A stretch of DNA of 64,000 nt, taken from the NCBI RefSeq assembly GCF_963921235.1, contig NC_086098.1:6820001-6884000 (forward strand). Direction: 5' to 3'. Source of the stretch: Mobula hypostoma. Lineage: Eukaryota. A model generated the notes under the pieces. The model ran no database searches. It saw only the letters and a list, made by a program, of their open reading frames with translations, and was not told the origin of the DNA. Of this stretch, positions 1 through 15,155 are shown one piece after another; position 1 is the first letter of the stretch; every line of letters starts with the position of its first letter. The translations under genes and the position numbers were made by a program.

Positions 1-359
1 TGTGAACAGCTGTGGGGAGCCACAGGTGAGAGCTGAGTGCCAGGTGGAGACCAAAGGTGGACTAACCGCCCTGAAAAGGACACTACATGTTCCCCCACCA
101 GAGGTGCTACCCCTCCCTGACACCCCATACACCCCAAAACAAACATGGAAATAATATAAGAAAATACAAATAAGGAAGTGTAAAAGCAAGGTTAAATAAA
201 CAGGTTTTGAGTTGCTGTTTAAAACTGTTGACCAAGTCTGAATGACATTACTATGATGTGAAATTAGTTGTTTTGTGGCAGCAGTACTGTGCAAGATGCA
301 GAAAGTTCTATAAGTTACAAAAATGAATGGTGCAAATGAGGACTAGCGGGGTAGTGTAC

Positions 360-552
360 ACCGTGGTAACGTCATGGTTAGCGTGACGCTGTTATATCTC
401 CAGGTATTCTGGAGTTCAAAGTTCAATTCCTTCAGGAGTTTGTATGTTCTCCCCGGGAACTGTTGTTGTTTCCTCCAGGAGTTCCAGTTTCCCCAAAGTT
501 CAAAGGCATACTGGTCAGTAGGTTAATTGTTCATTGAAAATTGTCCTGTGAT
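360..552 (+). mobile_element. tRNA-derived V-SINE (HE1-like), degraded
   Basis: B-box-like GTTCAATTCC followed by V-domain-like GTTTGTATGTTCTCCCC...TTTCCTCCAGGAGTTCCAGTTTCC...GGTTAATTGTTCATTGAAAATTGTCC; many similar copies in window. Confidence 0.7.
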
Positions 553-775
553 TTGTTTATTCATTATGTGCTGTGTCGTATGATGTGGACGATCATGGTC
601 TTTCCATGACCCTGATAGCTCTTGGCAAATGTTTCTACGGAAGTGGTTGCCATTGCCTTCTTCTGGGCACTGTCTTTACGAGACGGGTGATCCCAGCCAT
701 TACCAATACTCTTCAGAGATCGCCTGATGTCAGTGGTCGCATAACCGGGACGTGTGATGTGCACCAGCACCACCA
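553..775 (-). mobile_element. SINE-like repeat with RTE-type 3' end (5'-truncated copy)
   Basis: GAAGTGGTTGCCATTGCCTTCTTCTGGGC motif; aligns by eye to copies at 8265-9262, 24760-25095, 48360-48725. Confidence 0.65.
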
Positions 776-1299
776 GGGCCATTTAAGAGACTTTTAGATA
801 GGCACATGGATAATAGATAAATGGAGGCCTGTGTAGGGTTAGATTGCTCTTCAAGTTGGTTAAAAGGTTGGCACAACATCTTGGGCTGAATGACTGTACT
901 GTGCTGTAAAGTTCTATGGTCTGTGCTCTGCGTTCAGACAAAATGCTCTCCACAATACATTTGTAGAAATTTGCTGGAGCCTTTGGTGACATACCAAATC
1001 TCCTCAAACTCCTAATGAAGTAATAGCTGAAGGTGTGCCTTTTTCATAACTGCATCTATATGTTGGACCCGGGATTATCTCTGAGACATTTGCACCCAGG
1101 ATCTTCATGAATAGAGTAGCAGGGTGATACCATTCATTTGAATGGTGTCACTTGGAGAAATTGAAAGTCTAAGTGCTTTATTTTTCAGGAGGTTGGGGTG
1201 GTGCACATGCTTCTGTCTACACCAAGGGTGCTGGGTAGAGCAGGTTGAGAGATTCAGGTTCCTTGGTGTGAACATCATGGGCTGTTGTGGTCCAGTCAC

Positions 1300-1752
1300 A
1301 TTGGTGAGGCTTAATTTAGGGTATTGTGTGCAGTTCTATTACCAACGGGAAAGAGATCAATAAGATTGTAAGAGTACACAGAAAATTTACCTGACCTGCT
1401 GAGTTCCTCCAGCATTTTGTGTATTTTGCTGGGACTTGAGGACATGTTTATCAGGAAAGATTATATATATATTGAAAGGAGATGCAGGGGGCAAGTTTCT
1501 TCTTGAAAGCACAGAAAGTGATGGGTGGCTGGAATGTGCCGCCTGGGGTGGTGGTAGAGACAGATACATGGGGAATTTTAAGAGACATTTAGGTAGCCTC
1601 ATGACTGTGAGGACAATAGAAGGATATGAACATTGTGTAGGGAGAGGGTATTAGTTTAGTTGTCCATTTGGATATTAATTTCTTTGGTTCGCACAACATT
1701 GTGGGCTGAAGGGCTCGTTTCTGTGCTGTACTAATCTATGTTCTATATTCTA
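1300..1752 (+). mobile_element. CR1 LINE 3' fragment
   Basis: Decayed RT C-terminus (YCVQF) and 3' end GGGCTGAAGGGC...TGTGCTGTAC...CTATGTTCTATATTCTA. Confidence 0.65.
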
Positions 1753-2619
1753 GGTTAGGAGTTTATTTCTTTTTACATGTCTCTGGCCACACGAGGCCTA
1801 GTCGCTGTTAGTGTATTCTTCACCTAGCAGTAAAGCCACCGAATGACGACTCAAAACTTTTGGAACCTGAATCAACGTAAAGATGGATATGTAAATAACA
1901 CAGGCGGCCTTTAAATTGTGTCAAAAATAAACATTGGATATAAATATCTACAGGGAAGACATTGAATACGAACATTAGAGGCTCTGATGCCTCTAAGTTG
2001 TGCGGGTGCGTGGCTATGCAGTAACTGCAATGCTCCTGGGCACATAGCCTTTGTTGCCACGCAGCGAGAAAAGGCTTATGAAACATGAAAGATTTTCTTT
2101 GTCGTACTGTACTTCACTATACCCTTTCAATTAATAAATAAAATCAAAAGAATGTGATTTTTCACTTTTCATTCTAACTATTCATAGTTGGCCTAGAATA
2201 CAGAGAAAAAAATATTTAAAGTGCCGTGCAGTTCTCAGGCTGTAAAAATTTCCTGCTCAGTGTAATGGTTGGTCCGCGCAGCTGTAAGAAAACTTAATTA
2301 CTGTAACCCAATGGATTCTGCAAGAAAATGAGAAATGGAAATTAGGTTCAACCTTTCAGATTCAGTTGCATTTAGTTATCACATGTACAGTGGAATGCAT
2401 TGTTTGTGTTAACAAACAACACAACTAGGGATGTGGTGGGGGTAGCCCACAACTGTTGTCATAAATGCGGTGGCTGCGTAGCGTACCCACAGAACGACAC
2501 AGAACACAACAAACAACAGAACAGCAATTGCTAATGAAGCCCTGTTTCTCCCTCCCTTGTCGTTTGTCTGAGGAAGCTTAAATTTAACCACTTAATTTAC
2601 ACATTTATGTGTACAAGAT

Positions 2620-2955
2620 GAAATGAGGTGTGGATAGAGGGAACAGCCAGAGACTTTTTCCCAGGGTGGAAATGGTTAGATACATGGGGGCATAATTTTA
2701 AGGTGATTGAAGTAAAGTATAGGGAGATGTCAAAAATAGGTTCTGGTGGGTGCGCGAAACACCCTGCCAGGGATGGTGGTAGAGGTAGATACACTAGGGG
2801 CATTTAAGATACTCTTAAGTAGGCACATAGATGATAGAAAAATGGAGGCTATGTAGGAGACAAGAGTTTGATTGAGCTTAGAGCAAGTTAAAAGGTCGGC
2901 ACAACATCATGGACTGAACTACTTGTGTGGTGCTGTAACGCTCTATGTTCTTTGA
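2620..2955 (+). mobile_element. CR1 LINE 3' fragment
   Basis: GACTTTTTCCCAGGGTGG...TTTAAGGTGATTG...GGTCGGCACAACATC...CTCTATGTTCT, same 3' end as other CR1 copies. Confidence 0.7.
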
Positions 2956-3303
2956 ATTGTTTCAGCAAAAAAGGCAAAAGCAGCGAATTCATCCCAGCCA
3001 TGTCTCCTGCGATCTTCACGGCTGAGAAGCAGACCATAGGTAATAGGTTGTACTGCCACAGTGATGTGTTAAATATCATCATCTGTTAATCTGACTGGGT
3101 TCTGCAGTGTGTGATGAAGTTAGGATTCCACAGGACCCACACACACAGCATGCTGAAGGAACACAGCAGGTCAGGCAGCATCTATGGATGTACGGTACAC
3201 CAATTACCCATGTACACTACCTCACTAATTCTTTTTCTGTTTTGCTCTTTTTCGCAGTACTTATTTAGTTACATATACGTACATCGTACATCTGTGTGAC
3301 ATA

Positions 3304-3683
3304 CAGTACTGTGCAAAAATCTAAGGCACATGTAAAAAAAATTCCTTAAAGCGTAGATGCTTTCAAAAATAATGAATCAAAAAGTTTCTAAATATCAAAA
3401 AATACTTTAAAGAGCAGTGAGCAGTAAAAATCTAAATCATGTCTATATTTGGTGTCACCAACCTTCGCCTTTAAAACTGCAATAGTTTTCTTAAGTAGAC
3501 TTATGCAGTTTTATAAGAAAATCGGCTGGTAAATTGTTCCAAGCATCTTGGAGAACTTGCCACCGTTCTTCTGCAGACTTTGGCTGCCTCGCTTGCCTTT
3601 GTCTCTCCAGGTAACCCAGACAGCCTCGATGATGTTGAGTTCCGGGCTCTGTGGGAGGCCAGACCATCTGAAAATCTGCAAAA

Positions 3684-3685
<2 letters not shown>
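3304..3685 (-). mobile_element. Tc1-like transposon fragment (one TIR plus transposase C-terminus remnant)
   Basis: TA + CAGTACTGTGCAAAA TIR; frameshifted minus-strand WPP(QSPELNIIEAVW)..LERQRQARQPKSAEERWQVLQDAWNNLPADFLIKL matches the Tc1 WPxQSPDLNPIExxW motif; same family as 21703-22527. Confidence 0.85.
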
Positions 3686-6603
<2,918 letters not shown>

Positions 6604-6682
6604 GCTGCAGGAACTGCCTTGGTGGATTGTTGGTCCATTTCATTGGGCCGTCAGTGGGCTCTACATACTGTTAGGTGATGCA

Positions 6683-7283
6683 CACTCAGTGGCCACTTTA
6701 TTAGGTACACCTGCTCATTAATGGAAATATCTAATCAGCCAATCACGCGGCAGCAACTCAATGCACAAAAACATGCAGACATGGTGAGGAGGTTCATTCG
6801 TTGTTTGGACCAAACATCAGAATGGGGAAGAAATGTGATCTAAGTGACTTTGACTGTGGAAGGGTTGTTGGTGCCAGATGGAGCGGTTTGAGTATCTCAG
6901 AAACGACTAATCTCCTGAAATTTCCCCCACAACAGTCTATAAAGATTTCCAATCTTTTCTACAGCATGCACCATTAACCAGGAGGTCCATGGAGCCCAGG
7001 TTGGGAACCACTGCTCTAGAGTTTACAGAGAATGGTGCGAAAATCAGAAAAAAATGTCCAGTTAGAGGTAGTTCTGTGGGCAAAACACCTTCTTAATGAG
7101 AGAGGTCAGAGGAGAATGGCCAGACTGGTTCAAGCTGACAGGAAGGTGACAGTAACTCGTGTAACCATGTGTTACAACAGTGGTGTGCCGAAGAGCATCT
7201 CTGAACACACAACACGTCAAACTTTGGGCTACAGCAGCAGAAGATCAGGAACAGGAGGTGTGATGTAAAGCGACCACTCAATG
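6683..7283 (+). mobile_element. Non-autonomous Tc1-like element (second family)
   Basis: Left TIR CACTCAGTGGCCACTTTATTAGGTACACC, decayed right TIR ...TAAAGCGACCACTCAATG + TA; N-terminal transposase remnant MGKKCDLSDFDCGRVVGARWSGLSISET. Confidence 0.8.
6942..7013. mobile_element. Small hAT (Charlie-like) MITE nested in the Tc1 element
   Basis: Right end CCCAGGTTGGGAACCACTG followed by CTCTAGAG target; left end decayed; related sequence at ~50079-50135. Confidence 0.55.
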
Positions 7284-8264
7284 TACACATCTTCCGGTAT
7301 TCTGAATGGTTTGTGTTGAAAATTCACATAAATGTTTAGGAACATCGTTCAGCCTTCATTGATACTCTAGATTCCTCTCTTCTCTGCTCATTTGATAAAC
7401 TGAAGGAACAAGCAGCCAATGCATATCAGAAACTATCGTAGCAAATGCAGTTTTGCAATGTAAATGGAGTGTTAGATTGGCTTATTAACACCACTCATTT
7501 CATTATTCAGCAAGTCCCTGACTGCTGCCTACTGTGAGCATATTTACTCAGTAAAGATGATTAACTGCGGCAACATAAGGCTCAGTTGTTTGCCAAAAAG
7601 CCCAGAGCACTGGTGATGAAAATATGGGTCCATTCACTGGTGCTCTGTAATAGCTGCTAATCTTTGCAAAGCCGCACTAGTTCACTGAATGTCGCAGTTG
7701 TCGGCTGCTGATTGCGATCTGTGCAAATGCAAAGTTAATTTAATTGAGGTAGTGTGTAGATGGAGTTCTGATAGAATATATTTCCTTCCTTTGCTCCAGA
7801 ACTTTATTCTGAGCTACTGTTATTACAGCTTTTTATTGCTGCTGGAGGTATCGTTTGCTACAGCTGCACTTGTTCCTTGCTAACTCGCGTTTCCGATCAG
7901 CCTTAAGAGAAATTCAGTATCCAATTGATTGTGCTAAGTGTCTAGGATAGATTAAAGAGAACAGTCTTTTAATGTAGCAAAAATATTGTCATCCTTTCTT
8001 GCACATGACGAATTTTGCAGACGCTGGAAGTCCAGAGCAACACACACGCTGGAGGAACTCAGCAGGTCAGGCAGTATCTATGGAAATGAATATACAGTTG
8101 CCATTTTGTGGTGAGGCTCTTCATTGGGACTGAGAAGGAAGGGGGAAAATGCCTGAATGAAAAGGTTGGCGGAGGGTAGGAGACTAGCTGGAAGGTTTAT
8201 AGTTGAAGCCCATTGGGTGGGAAAATTTAAAGGGCCCACCTTTTTATTCTGGTTGTTGCTCTAT

Positions 8265-9262
8265 CCATGACCATGATTGTTCTTTGCAAATTTTTCTACT
8301 GAAGTGGTTTGACATTGCTTTCTTCTGGGCAGTGTCTTTACAAGACGGGTCACCCCAGTCATTATCAATACAGGCAATCCCCGGGTTACGAACGAGTTCC
8401 GTCCCTGAGTTCGTCTTTAAGTCGGATTTGTACGTAAGTTGGAACAGGTACGTCCGGTATTATTTAGCGTCAGTTAGTCAAATGTTTGTCTTAGTATATA
8501 GTATATATTTGACCTTTCTATGCATATAAAACACTTAAGAAATGTATGTATTTCAATAATTAAATCAGTGTGTTGCTTAGTAATAATTGTAGCTTTTATC
8601 GGGGCAGGGCCTTTCACATGCTCCATTATTCTCACTTTATCCTTTATCCTTTAAACTTGTTCCAATCGTTGACTGACTGTAGCTTAATGCTTTTCCAATG
8701 ACTGATGGCGTTTCATCTCTTTCCGATCGCTTTATTATTTCCACGTTATTTTCAATCGTGATCGTTTTCCATCAACGGAACAGAAACACTGCGGATTCAG
8801 CAGCAGTTGTGGGCAGCGGGTCCTGGCCTGAGCTCCCCCGGGTCCTAAGGTCTACCTGCATTGAGACAGGTTAAATGGGACAAGTGGGGGCGGTTCTGAC
8901 TGGAAAAGGGGGGGGGTGTCAGGGTGAACCTTGCTAAGAAAAATTTAAGCCAAATACAAAGTTAACGGCAACAACTTAAAATGGCGGACGGCGTTCTCCT
9001 TCCTCCATTTGTAAGTACGAGATGTTCGTAAGTCGGGCGTTTGTAACTCGGGGACTACCTGTACTCTTCAGAGGTTGTCTGCTTGACGTCATTGGTTGCA
9101 AAACCAGGGCTTGTGATGTGCATCAGCTGCTCATATGACCATCCACGACCTGCTCCCGTGGCTTCACATGACCCTGATGAGGTCAAAGCAGGTGCTACAC
9201 CTTACCCAAGGGTGACCTGCAGGATAGCAGAAGGTCCTTCGGTAGAGACCTATCTCCACACT
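8265..9262 (-). mobile_element. SINE-like repeat with RTE-type 3' end, split by a Tigger-like MITE
   Basis: Removing 8371-9063 restores CATTATCAATA|CTCTTCAGAG as seen at ~48480. Confidence 0.75.
8371..9061. mobile_element. Tigger/pogo-like non-autonomous DNA transposon (691 bp)
   Basis: TIRs CAGGCAATCCCCGGGTTACGAAC / GTTTGTAACTCGGGGACTACCTG with subterminal CGTAAGT repeats; TA duplicated at 8369-8370 and 9062-9063. Confidence 0.88.
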
Positions 9263-11029
9263 CCACTCGAATTTTTGCATTACTCTTAAAAGATGTCATA
9301 GCCAAATCCTTAAACGCAAATGGAAATCAGGACAGAAAAGATTACAAAGTAACACACACAAAATGCTGGAGGAGCTCAGCAGGTCAGGCAGCATCTGTGG
9401 AAAAAGATAAACAGTCGACATTTCAGAGTGCAAAAATAGAGGGAGTATCATTGATCATTGAGGAATCCGATGGCACGGAAGAAGCTGTTCCTACAGAGTT
9501 GAGTGTGGGTCTTCGGGCTCCTATAACTCCTTCCAGTTGGTAGTAACGAGAAGTGGGCATGTCTTGAGTTAGCACTTTTTGAAGGCATCCTCGATGTTGT
9601 GGTGACCAGTGCCCATGATGGAACTGGAAGTGGGTCGGGTAAAAATACTTCCAATAGCATACAGAATCTTACATTTCATTAGTGGAGGCCAAAGTTCTGG
9701 GTACCAACACTTCAGGAAAATTGTGAAGGCTTTAGTGAGCGTAAAAAAAATGATTTGCTAAATTGACTGTACCTCTTCCTATAGATACTGCCTGGCTTGC
9801 TGCGTTTACCAGCAACTTTTATGTGTGTTGCTTGAAATTCCAGCATCTGCAGATTTCCTTGTGTTTGCGTTGCTAAATTGATTCCTGGTATCAGGGACTT
9901 TGGTTCTGCGGGTGGATTAGAGAGGCTGTATTGTTTTCATTCAGGACAGAAGAGGTAGAGAAGGGATTTGATAGAGGGATTTAAAATCACGAGGGGCCAA
10001 ACAAAAATTGAAAGAAACTGGATGCTGAAATCAAGCCAAGTACAGAATGATCCCAGCTCACACTGTCAAAGTAGCAGCAACAATTAGGAACATTTTGGTA
10101 ACACATCTCTTTTTGCATCTTTCTTTTAGTCAGGTGCCAGCAGGTTCTTTTTCTTTCCCTTAATCTTCCACCAGCCGTGATGTGAAAGCTCAAACTGCAA
10201 GATGACTAACTACATTAATATGTAGAAGCAGTTTAGGAAGATGATAATGCAGCAAACAATGAGCGAAGAGAAAAAGAAATCTTTTCCAGAAAACTCACTG
10301 AAGCTCATTACATCCATTTGTGAGCCGCAAGGTTATACATTGTTCTGTTTAAGGACACCTTGACTGAGCTGCCTTCAACACTGTAACGGGAAACTGTATT
10401 CTCTCCTTCTGTCCTCTGCTCTTCTAAAGTTGCAACTGTAAATCTGTGGGGAGATGGGCTTGGAGAAGCTCACAGCTCAGGCAGGGTTGAACCAATGCAA
10501 AAAGTGTCATTTTCAGCAGAAAAAAACACACACACAAAAGATTGTGATTTGGCAGGATATTCATTTTCAGAGTTGAGGCACTTCAGTTCAAAGTGGCCTG
10601 ATGTAAAATCAATAACGTTCTCAAATCTGATTTTTTTTCCCCTTTTTCTTGCAGTATTTCACACCAGGTGGCACATTCTGGGGTGCCAGTGAATTTCATT
10701 TGATTAGTCTGACCACAAATCAGCACAGTCATGTACTTCGCTCTGATCGATGCCTTTCAAAACCATCTGGTTCGTGTCATCGGTAATTGGTGAAATTATA
10801 CATTAACCAATTAGCAGGATCATTAAAACCAAGTGATCACTGGTTAGTGGAATCATTAGGTTAATAAATCTTTCAGGCCACTACAATTACTCAGTAAATA
10901 GTTCTGTTATAGCGTGAGCACTTAAAAAAAAACCTACTTTCTTTCATTTTCCACCATGCTTCTGATAAAAGAACCATTTGAAATAATGTTTTACATGAAA
11001 AAGATAATTAGAAGGTCCTTCTCTCATGC

Positions 11030-11370
11030 TGAGCTCATGGAACTCAGTCAGCTCCACCATGGGTACCAGCCTCCTCAGCATCCAGGGCATCTTCAAAAGG
11101 TGATGCTTCAAAATGGCAGCATCCATCATTAATGACCCCCACCACCCAGGACAGGTCCTCTTCTCATTGCTACCATCAAGGGGGAGGTATAGCAACCTGA
11201 CAATACACACTCATAGTTTTAGGAATAGCTTCTTCCGTCTGCCATCAGATTTCTGAATGGATAATGAACCCGCAAACACTACCTCACTACTATAATTTAT
11301 ATTATACATTGCAATGCACAACAAATTTCGCAACATATTCAGTGATATTAAACCGGATTCTGATTCTTTG
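11030..11370 (+). mobile_element. Rex1/Babar-like LINE 3' fragment
   Basis: GCAGCATCCATCATTAATGACCCCCACCACCCAGG...CTACCATCAAGGGGGAGGTATAG (LPSGRRY-type), tail GATTCTGATTCT. Confidence 0.7.
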
Positions 11371-11447
11371 AAGTAAATGAATTGAGATCCTTTTGTTCAG
11401 TGATTTTTTAAACTGGTTTATTCAGAATGAGGAATAGGTTTTATAAA

Positions 11448-11710
11448 GCAACACACTCAAAATGCTGGAGGAACTCAGCAGATCCGGCAGCATCTATGCA
11501 AAGGAAGAGTCAACATTCGTCTCATCAGGACTCACATCCAATCTAACCATGAAACCAGCAGACAAATGGGTCGCTGTTGTGGTCTAACAACTACTTTGCG
11601 GAGGTCAGCCGGCAACTCTCAGACACCTCCTCTTACTTACCCCTTGAACAGGAGCCCACCCTGATCCATCGGCCATTGTCCCCCGCACCATCACCAACCT
11701 TATCCACCGC
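11448..11710 (+). mobile_element. Penelope-like element fragment: inverted terminus plus RT N-terminal remnant
   Basis: KPADKWVAVVV..YFAEVSRQLSDTSSYLPLEQEPT resembles the PLE IKPADKGGAVVV..YLAEARRQLSD motif; preceded by an oppositely oriented terminal repeat at 11448-11532. Confidence 0.7.
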
Positions 11711-11774
11711 CACTTCTCTATTTCTTTATTCAGGTTTCAAGATCGCTCAATGTCATTTCCAATACTCAAGTATA

Positions 11775-12192
11775 ACTTGCTTACTTACTGCCCGTTACAC
11801 CACTAGCGTATAGGGCAGCAGTGAAGGTCCTCTATCTCTGGTGGCGGTCAGAGTTTCATTCTCCTGTCAGTAGCTTCCTCTCGGTTGTCATGCAAGTCCC
11901 GGGTGGAGACTCAGGAATGCCATCACGCTCAGATGTAGAAGAATTCTTCACTGCTGTTTCCATAACAATTTTGTTTTACCAGTCAGGGTTGTTAGCCCTG
12001 AGCTGAACCCCCGAACCTGGAGGACCAATGGATCGCTCTTAGTTTGGCCTCTACCCTTTGACCTATTTGGCACGGGTGATCCTACCAGGAGCCAAAGCAT
12101 AGAGCCCTGACTCCAGCCAACATCGCTCTCCGGGTCACTGAGGCACGCAAGACTCCAAACCCGATGACAAGGATGTGGTCCCCTTGGAGGGA
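11775..12192 (-). mobile_element. Non-autonomous RTE-clade derivative (5'UTR-like head joined to short 3' end with (TAAG)n tail)
   Basis: Minus strand CCTTGTCATCGGGTTTGG..TTGCGTGCCTCAGTGACCCGGAGAGC...GGGCTAACAACCCTGACTGGTAAAA resembles RTE/Expander 5'UTRs; ends TAAGTAAGCAAG. Confidence 0.5.
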
Positions 12193-13062
12193 CACGTGTT
12201 AATGAGAACAAAGTCTCTCCAGCATTTTGTGTGCGCCGCTCTGGATTTCTAGCATCTGCAGTATCTCCTGTGATCATCATTATATATTTAATTTTTATCT
12301 ATCTTTTCTTTTCCGATCAATACCCAATGAGAAATGCTTTGATATTCCTTGCAGATTTCAGTGAAATTAGGAATGTTACTGGATTTCCGGTGGTATTTGT
12401 TGGCGACTTGAAAGTCATGAAAGATGGCATTTCTCCGAGATTTAAGCTCTATTCTCTCCATACTTATTTCCTAAAGTTAAATAAAAACTTCATAAGCAAT
12501 AATTTGCAGCATCAGCTAATTTTAGTCACAAAGTTATTCCCCACTCTGACCTTTCACTTCTTCTCACCTGCCTATTCTCCATGGGTTCCCTCCTCTTTCT
12601 ATTTCTCCACTCTCCTCTCTTATCTCATTCTTTGTTCTCCAGCTCTTGACCTTTCCAACCCACCTGGCTTCACCTATCACCCTGCAGCTAGCCTTCTTCC
12701 CCTCCCCCCTCCTTTTTATTCTGGCATCTTCCCTGCTGAGTTCCTCCAGCAGGCCAGGCAATCTAAAAGTGCTGGAAGTTAGACTGATGACACTGCAGTT
12801 TGAGTATTTTAATTTTTTTAAACTAAATTCTGGAACAAAACTAGTACTTGAGTTTGGATTTAAATTAATAAATCTCAAGTACCTTTGTATATTGATAGGC
12901 CCTTCTGTACTGATTTAATGCAGATTCTCGGCAAATCAATTTACTGTAGACAAAAAGTACAAAACAGTTCAATCCAGTGGGAATAAAGGATTTAAATTCT
13001 GTGCTCCTTCATTTTTATGTAGTGCCTCACAGTTTGCAAATTCCCATCTGCATTCTATAATG

Positions 13063-13425
13063 TCAAACCCTCAATTTAACCCCTAGCCTAATCACTGGAC
13101 AAATTACAATTAACCTACCAACTGGTATGACTTTGGACTGTGGGAATTGAACCCGGGCTGCTGGTACTGTAAAGCGTTGTGCTAGCCATTGTGCAACCCT
13201 GCAGCTCGAGGCATTGGAGTTCAGAGTCCAATTCCAGCATCCTCTATAAAAAACTGTGCGCATGGGTTTCCTCTGGGTCCTCTGATTCACCCCCTCCAGT
13301 CCAAGGACATACTGGTTAGCAGGTTAATGTGTTGTAAATTGTCCTGTGATGTGGCTAGGATTGAACAGGGGGATTGCTGGGCAGCAGGGCTTGTTGGCTC
13401 GGTTCCGCACTGTATTGCTAAATAA
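13063..13425. mobile_element. Two V-SINE fragments, head-to-head (minus 13063-13198, plus 13199-13425)
   Basis: GGGAATTGAACCCGGG (reverse B box) then GTCCAATTCCAGC..GGGTTTCCTCTGGG..TCCAAGGAC..TGTAAATTGTCC..AAATAAGTAAA. Confidence 0.7.
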
Positions 13426-14978
13426 GTAAATATTCCTCTGGTTAATTATGGAATCTTTGTGAATTATTTCCCTTTTCTGTATTGCCCTGGGAGATGAACG
13501 TTAGTGAGGAAGGTGAAAGATGCTATCAGAGTGTCAGGACACAGAAAATTATCTGCAGGACTTTTTGATTATGGCAGGCAAAACAAAAAAAAAGGAAAAA
13601 ATAAAGAGAAGCCCTTGCTAAAAGCACTTAGAAATGCTCAGTGAAAGTGGCCTGCCGGATAATGAAGCCATAAGTGGTTTTCTGAATGCTTCCTCTGCTG
13701 TCCATCAACCTGTATCAGGAGTGGTCTCAGAAGGGAAACCTGTTTATACATTTCATTCTCCATACAGGGAAGGCACATTAAAAGCAGCTTCTCGGAACAA
13801 AGCTGCCTTACAGAATCTTTTCCAGGGATTTCAATAGATGGAAATGATTGAAATATCATTTCCAGTACATAAATGTAGGTTTCGTGAGTTTTCTCCAGGT
13901 GCTCAGCTTTCCTCTTAAGGTCCAAAGACATACCGGGTAGGTTAATTGGACATTGTAAATTGTCCTCTGATTAGCTTAGGGTGAATCGGGTTTGTCGGCG
14001 GTTGCTGAGGTGACATGATAAATTGATGGTTCCTACATAAAGTGACAGTAGACACAGGAGCGTTTCTGACGGGAAATGATGAAGTATTGGTGGCTGGGAG
14101 TGTGGAGGAGTGGGTTAGCGGGTGAAGGTGCTGATCAGCCTTGCAGCTTGGGAAAGTAAATGTTTTTGAGTCTGGTGGTCCTGACCTGGATGTTACGTAG
14201 CTTCCTCCCCGATGAGAGTGCATATTTAGAAAGATGCTGAAATTTAGAAATTACTGGGGTGAATATAGAGATGTCTATGAAAGAGTTTGTGAGCCAGCTG
14301 CAATTTGAAAAAGGTTTCCAGGTAGTTTAATGCTCTTTTCATAGTACTCTTGTGGGCACTCAACCAATTTTGTTAAATGTGATTTAGTTTTCTAGTGAGA
14401 GGATGCTCGATTCCTTTGATCCAGACACATGTTTGGCAAAGTACTGCATTATGTGAGTAATGTCACTGCAAACTTGTGTTCCTTCCAGTAAAGAAGGTCA
14501 GTTATTTACTACAATTTAAGTGCATCATTTTAATTAAGAAGAAACTATTTTGGGGGAAATATATCTTTTTCATGGATGTGACTTCGCACCTGTAATAATT
14601 AACGACAATGCAGATATTGCAGCTGGTTTTCAGAATGTTGCATGCAGCATTCAGAGCTGGCCTGCAAGCTACCTGACGCATCTGATGTCCACACACGCTC
14701 GTGTTAGAAACAGCTTCTCCTCTGCCTTCAGATATATACATACATATGCTCACATATGTGCACATTATTTTGTGTTTTATATTTGTAATTGATTTAGATC
14801 ACTTAGTAAAGATCTGTTTTAACTTTGACACAAAAGAGTTTTTTGCTGTTGATCCGTGTCAGAAATCCACATCAAATCCACTGCGATTCAACGTTGTAAA
14901 ACAATAAAACATGAAAACTTCCCGGGGAGGGGGGGATGATGAATAGTTTTTATAGGTTCTGTATATATATTATGCGGT

Positions 14979-14980
<2 letters not shown>

Positions 14981-15034
<54 letters not shown>

Positions 15035-15080
15035 TGTGTGTATGTGTGTGTGTATGTGTATGTGTGTGTGTGTATGTGTG

Positions 15081-15136
<56 letters not shown>

Positions 15137-15155
15137 GGGGGGGGGGGTGGGGGGA
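14981..15155. repeat. (TG)n/(TA)n microsatellite followed by a G-run
   Basis: Direct reading. Confidence 0.95.

Noticed and set aside
1980..2295. Possible hAT MITE remnant with GCGCA-like subterminal motifs
   Set aside because: No TIR pair or TSD could be defined.
2966..3039. Plus-strand exon candidate (KKGKSSEFIPAMSPAIFTAEKQTI)
   Set aside because: Splice-like sites exist, but the pyrimidine tract comes from a CR1 tail and the peptide is not recognisable.
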